Shown: positions 25,032-32,000 of the stretch, piece by piece
How the letters are laid out: every line of letters begins with the position of its first letter
Position numbering within the stretch: position 1 is the first letter of the stretch
From: Candidatus Saccharimonadota bacterium
Lineage (GTDB): Bacteria > Patescibacteriota > Gracilibacteria > UBA4473
Direction: 5' to 3'
DNA: 32,000 nt
NCBI GenBank assembly: GCA_020632335.1
Contig: JACKFV010000001.1
Span: 90,001 to 122,000, forward strand
Made by a program: the position numbers and the translations under genes
The notes under the pieces: generated by a model
Seen by the model: the letters and a program-made list of their open reading frames with translations, nothing else
What the model was told of the DNA's origin: nothing
Databases searched by the model: none

Positions 25032-26435
25032 CTATTTCTGCACCTCTACCCCCTCCACCCCAGCGCTCTCTGGCTCATCAGTAGCGGCTTCGGCAGTGGT
25101 GTCGTCGCCCGGCATTGGCGCTGGCAGAGCGAGGATCTCCTGCATCTGCTCCCTATTCATGAGCTCCAGTGCCCGGTCAAGGATGGGATCGCGGTCCTCT
25201 ACCCAGTCTTCCTCAGTGAGCGACACCACTATATCTGGCGTGATGCCCTTCTCGTTGATCTCCCGCTCGTTGGGGGTCAGCCACTCCGCTACCGTGACCT
25301 TCAGCGACGCCCCCCCCGTCATGGGGATGACATGCTGCACCGTGCCCTTCCCAAAGGTCTGCTCGCCCACCAGTACCCCACGGCGGTAGTCCTGCACCGC
25401 ACCGGCAAAGATCTCACTGGCGCTGGCCGTCCCGCCATTCACCAGCACAATGAGCGGGATCTCCAGCAACGACCCATTAGGCGAGGAGATGAGCCCGCCG
25501 CTATCCAGGAGTTTACGGCCACGAGTATTAACGATGGTCTTCTGGTCGAAGAACTTACCGCTGATGGTCATGACCGCGTCTAACAGACCACCGTTGTTAT
25601 TGCGCAGGTCAAGGATAAGCCCCGCAGGGTTCTGGAGGATGATTTGATTAACCGCCTCTTGGAACTCCCGCGTGACCTCTGTGCTGAACTGGCTCACCGC
25701 CAGGTAAGCGATGTCACCCTTCATCTCCCACTCCACCGAGTGCTGAATGATGGTATCCCGCACGATCTCTAGCTCGATGGGGTCCTCACTCCCCTCTCGC
25801 AGCACCGTGATGTGCACCGGCGTCCCCTTAGCCCCGCGGATGTGCCGCACGGCGTCATAGATGCTCATGCCCTGGGTAGATTCCTCCTCTATCATCGCGA
25901 TGACGTCCCCTGGCCGCAGCCCCGCTGCTTCTGCTGGTGATCCCTTCAGCGGGCGCACCACCGTCAGCATGTTGTTCTTGAAGCCAATCTCCGCGCCGAT
26001 CCCCTCTAGATCTCCCCCCAGCGCGATCTCAAACTCCTCGTTCTCCTCCGGCGTCATAAAGACCGTATACGGGTCCTCCGCGCTCTTGACCATCCCCTTT
26101 ATCGCTCCATAAACCTGCTCGGTATTATCGAGGTTTTGCTCCCGCAGGTAGGTGTCTGAGAGCAGCTCCCATGCCTCCCAGAAGAGCGACATATCCACCT
26201 CCCTATGGGTGTCTCGCCGAGTAAGGGAGGTCAGTGAGGGGAGGTTCCGCTGGGGTTTTGTCTCCTCGGTAGTAGGAGCTGTGGTGTCTGGCGTTGGAGC
26301 CTCCTGCACTTCTGCCGTAACATGAGGGCTGAGCACCGTGCGCGTGGCCGCATGCCACCCTACCCCAAACCCCAGCAGTGGCAGCACTACCCACCAGAGC
26401 CGTCGTACATTCCGTTGATAGGTATCCATACGCAT
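25032..26435 (-). CDS. Carboxyl-terminal processing protease, peptidase S41A with PDZ domain
   Basis: TM anchor RRLWWVVLPLLGFGVGW. PDZ block GIGAEIGFKNNMLTVVRPLKGSPAEAAGLRPGDVI. LILDLRNNNGGLL, catalytic Ser block LVNGGTASASEIFAGA and Lys block GEQTFGKGTVQ. Start trimmed to ATG 26435 (or 26429) because TTGACT-16-TATGCT occupies 26448-26475. Confidence 0.93.
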   Translation of the reverse strand: MRMDTYQRNVRRLWWVVLPLLGFGVGWHAATRTVLSPHVTAEVQEAPTPDTTAPTTEETKPQRNLPSLTSLTRRDTHREVDMSLFWEAWELLSDTYLREQNLDNTEQVYGAIKGMVKSAEDPYTVFMTPEENEEFEIALGGDLEGIGAEIGFKNNMLTVVRPLKGSPAEAAGLRPGDVIAMIEEESTQGMSIYDAVRHIRGAKGTPVHITVLREGSEDPIELEIVRDTIIQHSVEWEMKGDIAYLAVSQFSTEVTREFQEAVNQIILQNPAGLILDLRNNNGGLLDAVMTISGKFFDQKTIVNTRGRKLLDSGGLISSPNGSLLEIPLIVLVNGGTASASEIFAGAVQDYRRGVLVGEQTFGKGTVQHVIPMTGGASLKVTVAEWLTPNEREINEKGITPDIVVSLTEEDWVEDRDPILDRALELMNREQMQEILALPAPMPGDDTTAEAATDEPESAGVEGVEVQK

Positions 26436-26447
26436 CCTTACCCGAGC

Positions 26448-26475
26448 AGCATAGAGCCCCGGCGGCAAAAGTCAA
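26448..26475 (-). promoter_or_regulatory. Candidate promoter of the S41 protease gene (operon ctp-csaA-proS)
   Basis: Minus strand reads TTGACT (26470-26475), 16 nt, TATGCT (26448-26453). ATG lies 12 nt downstream. The -35 overlaps the divergent sufB ATG at 26475. Confidence 0.5.
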
Positions 26476-27920
26476 TGACGCGCCTTGCTCTGCCTGAGGA
26501 TCGCTCTAGCATACCCGCGATGCCCGCCCCTCTGCTGGATACCCACCACCGCAACGATGCCTCCTACGCGCCGGCCTTCCCGCAAGGGCTCAGCCGTGAG
26601 CTGGTGCTGGAGATCAGCGCGCGGAAGCAAGAACCCCGCTGGATGCGCGAGCTGCGACTGGAGGCCTGGAAAATATTTGAACACAAATGGTATACACAAG
26701 GCATGCCCACTTGGGGGCCAGACCTCTCTGGGCTTGATCTGCAGCAGATCCGCTACTATGCCAGGGCCGAGGCCAAACACAACGCCAAGAGCTGGGACGA
26801 GGTGCCGGAGGACATCAAGCAGACCTTTGAGAAGCTGAAGATCCCCGAGGCCGAACGCGCGGTGCTGGCCGGTGTGGGGGCCCAGTATGAGAGCGAAAAT
26901 ATCTACCATCATCTGCAGGAGACCTGGGCCAAGCAGGGGGTGATCTTTGAAGATTTTGATGTTGCCGTACGAACACATAGTGAGCTCGTGCGCACATATA
27001 TTGCACGCACGGTGCCGCTCAATGACCACCTTTTTACAGCGCTCCACTATGCGGTATGTAGTGGCGGTACTTTCCTCTATGTGCCCGCGGGGGTGGAGAT
27101 CTGCCAGCCGCTGCAGGCCTACTTCCGCATGAATGCCGCGCGGCAGGGGCAGTTTGAACACACGCTCATCGTGCTGGAGGAGGGCGCCAAAGCACACTAC
27201 ATCGAGGGGTGCTCAGCGCCCCAGTACGCCAGTGCCAGTCTGCACGCCGGCTGTGTGGAGGTGGTGGTGGCTCCCCATGCCACCATGCGCTACAGCAGTG
27301 TGGAAAACTGGAGCAGCAACACCTACAACTTGAATACAAAACGTGCTCTTGTACACAGAAATGCTACAATGGAATGGGTGGGCGGTAACCTCGGCTCAGG
27401 GGTGACGATGCTCTACCCGTGCAGCATCCTGGCAGGAGAGGGAGCGCGTGCAGATCACCTCAATGTGGCTTTTGCGAGCACCGGGCAGCACCAGGACACC
27501 GGGGCTAAAGTGATCCTCGTGGCGCCCAATACTCGAGCAACTATTGTGTCCAAATCACTCAGTAAAGGAGGTGGGAACAGCACCTACAGAGGGCTGGTGC
27601 AGCTACAACGGGGAGCAAAAAATGCCACGGTGAACATCGAGTGCGATGCCCTGCTGCTGGACAATCAGACGTCTGTATCCGACACCGTGCCGCATATAGA
27701 CTGCCACGAGCCGAGCGCCAACATCACGCATGAGGCCAGTGCGGGCCGAGTGAGTGCGGAGGTGCTGCTCTACCTCCAGAGTCGTGGCATTGCGGAGGAG
27801 ACCGCCAAGGCGCTGGTGGTGCGCGGCTTCCTCGACGAAGTGGTACGCACGCTGCCCCTGGAGTACGCCAGTGAGCTGAATCGCCTCATCGAGATAGAGA
27901 TGGAGGGGAGTGTTGGGTGA
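26475..27920 (+). CDS. sufB: Fe-S cluster assembly protein SufB
   Basis: FEHTLIVLEEGAKAHYIEGCSAP, MEWVGGNLGSGVTMLYPCSIL, DALLLDNQTSVSDTVPHIDC and the C-terminus LIEIEMEGSVG are typical SufB blocks. The track start 26322 overlaps the divergent protease gene, so ATG 26475 is preferred (481 aa). Confidence 0.94.
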   Translation: MTRLALPEDRSSIPAMPAPLLDTHHRNDASYAPAFPQGLSRELVLEISARKQEPRWMRELRLEAWKIFEHKWYTQGMPTWGPDLSGLDLQQIRYYARAEAKHNAKSWDEVPEDIKQTFEKLKIPEAERAVLAGVGAQYESENIYHHLQETWAKQGVIFEDFDVAVRTHSELVRTYIARTVPLNDHLFTALHYAVCSGGTFLYVPAGVEICQPLQAYFRMNAARQGQFEHTLIVLEEGAKAHYIEGCSAPQYASASLHAGCVEVVVAPHATMRYSSVENWSSNTYNLNTKRALVHRNATMEWVGGNLGSGVTMLYPCSILAGEGARADHLNVAFASTGQHQDTGAKVILVAPNTRATIVSKSLSKGGGNSTYRGLVQLQRGAKNATVNIECDALLLDNQTSVSDTVPHIDCHEPSANITHEASAGRVSAEVLLYLQSRGIAEETAKALVVRGFLDEVVRTLPLEYASELNRLIEIEMEGSVG

Positions 27921-27928
27921 ACAATATT

Positions 27929-30535
27929 TTACTCCGTGAGTATAAATTGTATTCTCCCTGGTGCTTCATCCCACACAGCCGTATAGTGCTGATTCTTCTC
28001 GAGTGTGCCCGTGATGATGCCGTCCACCAGGGGTTCCTCAAACCGCTCGGCTAGCACCCGTCGCACCTGCCGCGCCCCGTACTCCGGGCTATAGGCCAGC
28101 TGCGCCAGCGCCGTGATGGTCTGCTCCGGCACCGCTACCATAATGCTCCGGTGACGCTCCAGGCGACTTATGATCTCCCGCAGCTGCAGCGCGGTGATGG
28201 CTTCTATGGCTTTTTTGTGGAGTGGGCGGAAGATAATCGTCGCGTCCAGACGGTTCAGAAACTCCGCGGTGAAGTGCTCTTTCAGCTCTTTTTGCACCTC
28301 CGTAGCGATCTGATCAAAAGCCGTAGTCTCCTCTGCCAGGTCTTGCTTGGTGTCAAAAAAGCCAATGCGGTCCGCACTCTGCTGGAATTTACTGGCTCCT
28401 ACGTTGCTGGTGAGGATAATAATCGCGTTACGGAAGCTCACCTTGCGGCCCTTACCGTCGGTCAGGTCACCGGTCTCGAGGATCTGCAGGAGCATATTGT
28501 GCACCTCGCGGTGGGCCTTTTCGATCTCGTCAAAGAGCACAATGCTATAGGGGTTCCGCCGGATCTTCTCCGTCAGTTGTCCTCCGTCGCCATACCCCAC
28601 GTACCCCGCCGTAGACCCCACCAGCCGCGACGCCGTGTGCCCCGAACTGAACTCGCTCATATCCAGCGTGATGAGCGCTTTCTCATCATGATAGACCTGG
28701 AGCGCCAGCTGGCGGGCCATCTCGGTCTTGCCGACGCCTGTAGGGCCCAGGAAAAGGAAAGTCCCCAGCGGACGGTTGGGGTGCTGCAGCCCAATGCGGC
28801 TGCGGCGTATAGCCCTCGCGATCTTCTCAACCGCACTCTCCTGCGCGATGATATGCTGCTGCAGCTGCGCCTCCAGCTGCATGAGGTGGCTGACGTCGTC
28901 CTCCAGCATGGCACTCATGGGGATGCCCACCTGCGCGTGCACGACGTGCGCTATGTCTCGGCGCCCGATGCGATAGCGCTTGCGGCCCTTGCTCTTCTCG
29001 GCCTTCAGCGCCAGGAGCTCCTCCTCTAGCGACTGGTACTCCTTATGGTACTTATCTGCCAGGTCATACTGCTGGTCTTGCACGGCTTTTTCTCGTCGGC
29101 GCTGGAGCTGACCTATCTTCACCCGGAGCCGACGCACCTCCTCCCCACTCCCCTTGTGCAGCACGCTCTTGGCCGCGCAGGCCTCGTCGAGGAGGTCAAA
29201 AGCTTTGTCAGGTAGGTAGCGGTCCGCGACGTAGCGCGCGCTGAGCTCCACAGCAGCGTCCACGGCCTCGGGGCTGATGCGCACATGGTGATGCCGCTCG
29301 TAGTAGGGCACCGTGCCCTCCAGTATCAGTTTGGCCTCCACCAGGGTGGGCTCAGGCACGTCCACCATCTGGAATCGCCGCGCCAGTGCATTATCGGTCT
29401 CGATGCGCTTTTGGTACTCGTCGTGCGTGGTGGCACCGATGACCTGCATATCTCCTCGTGCCAGCGCGGGTTTGAGGATATTCGCGGCGTCCAGCGTGCC
29501 CTCCGCACTGCCCGCACCGATGATGGTATGGATCTCGTCGATAAAGAGAATGACGTCGTTTTTCGGGTCTGAGGCCTCCTCTATCACCCGGCGGATACGC
29601 TCTTCGAACTCCCCCCGGTACTTAGTCCCCGCCACCAGATTCGTCAGACTCAGCGACAAAATACGCTTATCCATGAGGATATCCGGTACCTGGCCCTCCT
29701 GTATCTGCAGCGCCAGCCCCTCCACAATGGCGGTCTTCCCCACACCGGGCTCGCCCACCAGCATGGGGTTATTCTTGCGCTTACGGGCCAATATATGCAC
29801 CACGCGCTCTATCTCCGCACTACGACCGATCACCTTCTCTATCTGCCCCTCAGCCGCCAGCGCGGTGAAGTCTGTACAGAAGTAGTCCAGCGCCAGCTTA
29901 CTGCGCACGCCGTTGCCACTGCTGCGGGATTCTCGTCGCGTCGGGCGCTCCTCGTCTTCTTCCACTTCACGCATATCGGCCATCTGCCGGAGCGCCTGCC
30001 CCAGCCCCGTGAAGAAATCCTGCACCTGCTTGGGGTCAAACACGCCCTGGATCTGCCCGTTCTGGCTCATCACGTCGCCATCGGCATTACTGCGGAAGAG
30101 CTCCTTCAGACGGTCGATGATGTGCTGCGGCGTTACCATCAGCTGCTGGAGCACCCGCACAGCGCCGGTATTCCGCTGCCGACACAGCGCAAAGAGAATA
30201 TGCTCGCTATCCACCAGCGGGTGCCCGAGGTCTATGGCCACTTGCGCGCTCATCTCTATACATGCCCGGGCGTGGTCAGAGAATACCTGCGGCTCGTCAG
30301 TACTACTCAGCTGCAGGGTCTCGCTCTGCTGTAGGGTCTGCGCGATACGCTCGGCGTTGTCATAGGTCACGCCAAAGCTCTTGAGCACCATCGCCGCGAT
30401 GCACTGCCGCTGCCGGAGAATCCCGAGCAGCAGGTGGTGGGTCTGCACAGTGGTGTGCTCGCTCTGCTGGGCGATCTCTTGCGCCAGGATGAGGGTGTTT
30501 TTCGCGGTCTCGGTAAAGGAGTTAAAAGCGCTCAT
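27929..30535 (-). CDS. clpC: ATP-dependent Clp protease ATP-binding subunit ClpC (class I AAA+ Clp/Hsp100)
   Basis: Two Clp_N repeats. Walker A1 GEPGVGKTAIVEGLA, a middle coiled coil, Walker A2 GPTGVGKTEMARQLA, and a ClpP-docking IGF loop (ADRIGFF). Start trimmed to ATG 30535 (MSAFNSFTETAKN). A ~60-aa charged insertion lies between the N domain and D1. Confidence 0.95.
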   Translation of the reverse strand: MSAFNSFTETAKNTLILAQEIAQQSEHTTVQTHHLLLGILRQRQCIAAMVLKSFGVTYDNAERIAQTLQQSETLQLSSTDEPQVFSDHARACIEMSAQVAIDLGHPLVDSEHILFALCRQRNTGAVRVLQQLMVTPQHIIDRLKELFRSNADGDVMSQNGQIQGVFDPKQVQDFFTGLGQALRQMADMREVEEDEERPTRRESRSSGNGVRSKLALDYFCTDFTALAAEGQIEKVIGRSAEIERVVHILARKRKNNPMLVGEPGVGKTAIVEGLALQIQEGQVPDILMDKRILSLSLTNLVAGTKYRGEFEERIRRVIEEASDPKNDVILFIDEIHTIIGAGSAEGTLDAANILKPALARGDMQVIGATTHDEYQKRIETDNALARRFQMVDVPEPTLVEAKLILEGTVPYYERHHHVRISPEAVDAAVELSARYVADRYLPDKAFDLLDEACAAKSVLHKGSGEEVRRLRVKIGQLQRRREKAVQDQQYDLADKYHKEYQSLEEELLALKAEKSKGRKRYRIGRRDIAHVVHAQVGIPMSAMLEDDVSHLMQLEAQLQQHIIAQESAVEKIARAIRRSRIGLQHPNRPLGTFLFLGPTGVGKTEMARQLALQVYHDEKALITLDMSEFSSGHTASRLVGSTAGYVGYGDGGQLTEKIRRNPYSIVLFDEIEKAHREVHNMLLQILETGDLTDGKGRKVSFRNAIIILTSNVGASKFQQSADRIGFFDTKQDLAEETTAFDQIATEVQKELKEHFTAEFLNRLDATIIFRPLHKKAIEAITALQLREIISRLERHRSIMVAVPEQTITALAQLAYSPEYGARQVRRVLAERFEEPLVDGIITGTLEKNQHYTAVWDEAPGRIQFILTE

Positions 30536-30604
30536 AAGCGGTGTGTTTTCAGGGTCTCTCTCCTCCACTCTAGCACAGAACGAGGGCAAAGCAAATGATT
30601 CTGG

Positions 30605-30627
30605 CAGTTATATAACTGGAGTGCTAA
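30605..30627. promoter_or_regulatory. Candidate operator: perfect 14-bp palindrome abutting a CIRCE-like half-site
   Basis: CAGTTATATAACTG (30605-30618) equals its own reverse complement. GAGTGCTAA (30619-30627) matches the right CIRCE half 9/9. The expected left half 9 nt upstream (CTGGCAGTT) matches only 5/9. Confidence 0.3.
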
Positions 30628-30642
30628 TGGTGGATATTTCCC

Positions 30643-30670
30643 TTGCCACTCCCCCGCGGCTGGCTACCAT
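30643..30670 (+). promoter_or_regulatory. Candidate recA promoter
   Basis: TTGCCA (30643-30648), 16 nt, TACCAT (30665-30670). ATG lies 19 nt downstream. Confidence 0.4.
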
Positions 30671-30689
30671 GCGGTGGTAAGCGACGCCC

Positions 30690-31745
30690 ATGACTGAGAA
30701 AAATCCGGCAAAGACCCAAGCACTACAGTCCGCCCTCCAGGCAATCGAGAAGAACTACGGGAAGGGCGCGGTGATGCGCCTGGGGGATAGTGCCGTCCAG
30801 CGGGTGGAGATGGTCACCACGGGCTCCCTCAGCATAGACCTGGCACTGGGGGGCGGCGTGCCACGAGGGCGGATCATCGAGATCTACGGCCCGGAAAGTA
30901 GCGGAAAGACCACGCTGTGTCTGCACATCGCCAGTGAATTCCAGAAGGCTGGGGGTACGGTGGCTTTCATCGACGCCGAGCACGCGCTGGACCCCACCTA
31001 CGCGGCCAAGGTGGGGGTCGATACCGACAACCTCCTGCTCAGCCAGCCCGATAGTGGGGAGCAAGCGCTGGACATCACCGAGGCACTGGTGCGTAGTGGC
31101 GGGGTGGATCTCATCATTGTGGATAGTGTGGCGGCGCTGACCCCGCGGGCCGAGATACAGGGCGAGATGGGCGACCACCAGATGGGCCTGCAGGCGCGAC
31201 TGATGAGCCAGGCGCTACGGAAGTTAACGGCCGTCGCCAGTAAAATGGGCACCACCATTCTCTTCGTCAACCAGATACGGATGAAGATCGGGGTGATGTT
31301 CGGCAACCCTGAGACGACCACCGGCGGGAACGCACTGAAGTTCTATAGCTCGGTGCGGATAGAGGTGCGCAAGGGCAACAAGATAGAGACCGGCACAGGA
31401 GACAACAAGGAGGTAGAGGGCAACCAGATGCGCGTGAAGGTAGTGAAGAATAAGGTGGCGCCGCCCTTCAAGACCGCGGAGGTGGATATTGTGTTCAATA
31501 AGGGGATCGACAAGGTAGCGGACGTGCTGGATAATGCGGTGCGGTTCGACGTGGTGCAAAAGGCCGGGGCCTTCTATAAATATAAGAATGAGACCATCGG
31601 CCAGGGCAAGCAGAAGGCGGGAGAATTCCTCGCTCATAACCCAGGGGTGCTGGCGGAGATCCGCGCCCAGGTGATGGACAAGGCCGGCCACGCGGTGCAT
31701 ACGGAGATAGAGCCAGGGCCAGTAGAGGCTCCTGAGAGTGAGTAA
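30690..31745 (+). CDS. recA: Recombinase RecA
   Basis: [17 protein letters not shown], Walker [21 protein letters not shown], and L2-region blocks [26 protein letters not shown]. 351 aa with no intein. Confidence 0.98.
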   Translation: MTEKNPAKTQALQSALQAIEKNYGKGAVMRLGDSAVQRVEMVTTGSLSIDLALGGGVPRGRIIEIYGPESSGKTTLCLHIASEFQKAGGTVAFIDAEHALDPTYAAKVGVDTDNLLLSQPDSGEQALDITEALVRSGGVDLIIVDSVAALTPRAEIQGEMGDHQMGLQARLMSQALRKLTAVASKMGTTILFVNQIRMKIGVMFGNPETTTGGNALKFYSSVRIEVRKGNKIETGTGDNKEVEGNQMRVKVVKNKVAPPFKTAEVDIVFNKGIDKVADVLDNAVRFDVVQKAGAFYKYKNETIGQGKQKAGEFLAHNPGVLAEIRAQVMDKAGHAVHTEIEPGPVEAPESE

Positions 31746-31767
31746 CCCACGAGAATATAGGACAAAC

Positions 31768-31823
31768 AAAAAAACCCTGGCTGCCATTACCATGCTCATA
31801 GGAAGAACAAGGTGGCATCCGGG
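31768..31823 (-). terminator. Candidate terminator of the right-edge minus-strand gene
   Basis: Imperfect ~10-bp stem: ccctggctgcca (31775-31786) / tggcatccggg (31813-31823). An A7 run on the + strand (31768-31774) gives T7 after the hairpin on the - strand. Confidence 0.4.
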
Positions 31824-31837
31824 ATCACGGTAGAGGG

Positions 31838-32000
31838 TTACCAATGAAGGAAAAGGTAATAAAGACGATCTTCAGGCAAAGGCCCATTTTCGTCTATCTC
31901 TAATATATCCTCCTTCAAGAACTGGTCCATATACAATAGCAGGAAGGCGATACTACACTGGGTAGTCTCGATGTACTCCTGTGGGTACACCCGGTTTCTC
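31838..32000 (-). CDS. 3' end of an unidentified gene running off the right edge
   Basis: Not in the ORF track because it has no start inside the window. Manual reverse-strand translation gives ...RNRVYPQEYIETTQCSIAFLLLYMDQFLKEDILEIDENGPLPEDRLYYLFLHW*, with stop TAA at 31838-31840. The terminator-like hairpin follows. GC is lower than in recA. Only 54 codons are visible, so support is weak. Confidence 0.35.
   Translation of the reverse strand, partial: RNRVYPQEYIETTQCSIAFLLLYMDQFLKEDILEIDENGPLPEDRLYYLFLHW

Noticed and set aside
24117-25583. 488-aa + strand ORF spanning proS, csaA and the S41 protease gene
   Set aside because: It is the same shadow-frame effect. By my arithmetic, all three minus-strand genes share one phase relative to this ORF: 24644, 25019 and 26468 minus 24117 all equal 2 mod 3. 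The two short spacers happen to lack stops. There is no recognisable protein signature.
26322-26474. Upstream extensions of ORF-track starts: sufB 26322, protease 26468, clpC 30589, GT4 3778, DUF4012 6596, 13515, 23081
   Set aside because: The extensions overlap divergent genes or sit on top of promoter hexamers. They begin with TTG or GTG and add non-conserved, often Arg/Pro-rich residues. Downstream ATGs give N-termini that match the family consensus.
30601-30627. Full CIRCE (HrcA) element or an E. coli-type LexA box (CTGT-N8-ACAG)
   Set aside because: Only one CIRCE arm is intact; the other matches 5/9. The palindrome is CAGT-N6-ACTG, not CTGT-N8-ACAG, and it is not a Cheo box (GAAC-N4-GTTC). 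It is kept only as a generic candidate operator.

Overview
This is a GC-rich bacterial chromosomal segment under the standard code; conserved genes are intact and radA ends in TGA. It holds about 25 genes.

Content:
- Core genes: radA, aspS, tRNA-Ser(UGA), archaeal-type proS, csaA-like tRNA-binding protein, an S41 C-terminal protease, sufB, clpC, recA.
- Exported or cell-envelope proteins are unusually dense: GT4 glycosyltransferase, DUF4012 protein, membrane-anchored cyclophilin, SLH-domain protein, an Amidase_2-SpoIID fusion, a lamin-tail-domain protein and several secreted ORFans.
- DUF4012, LTD, archaeal-type ProRS and NMNAT, an unlinked sufB and many secreted ORFans fit a reduced-genome lineage such as CPR/Patescibacteria. 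That assignment is inference only.
- I found no CRISPR array, rRNA, transposase, integrase or reverse transcriptase.

Worth a second look:
1. An AT-rich, terminator-insulated, divergent two-gene membrane module (9252-12013) sits between aspS and a LOG/TIGR00725-like gene. It is my best candidate for an undescribed accessory system, but I cannot assign a function.
2. Two further low-GC ORFan regions: a 422-aa secreted protein (21813-23075) and a 443-aa ORFan beside a partial 7TM sensor (1-2222).
3. Seven genes carry a TAnnnT hexamer exactly 6 nt upstream of their ATG, usually with a -35-like hexamer 16 nt further up. Leadered genes show no Shine-Dalgarno motif. This points to widespread leaderless mRNAs and revises several ORF-track starts.
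4. One polypeptide combines a peptidoglycan amidase domain with a SpoIID-type domain.
5. A perfect 14-bp palindrome abuts a perfect CIRCE half-site between clpC and recA.

Many long antisense ORFs in the track are explained as codon-aligned shadows of GC3-rich genes and are rejected.
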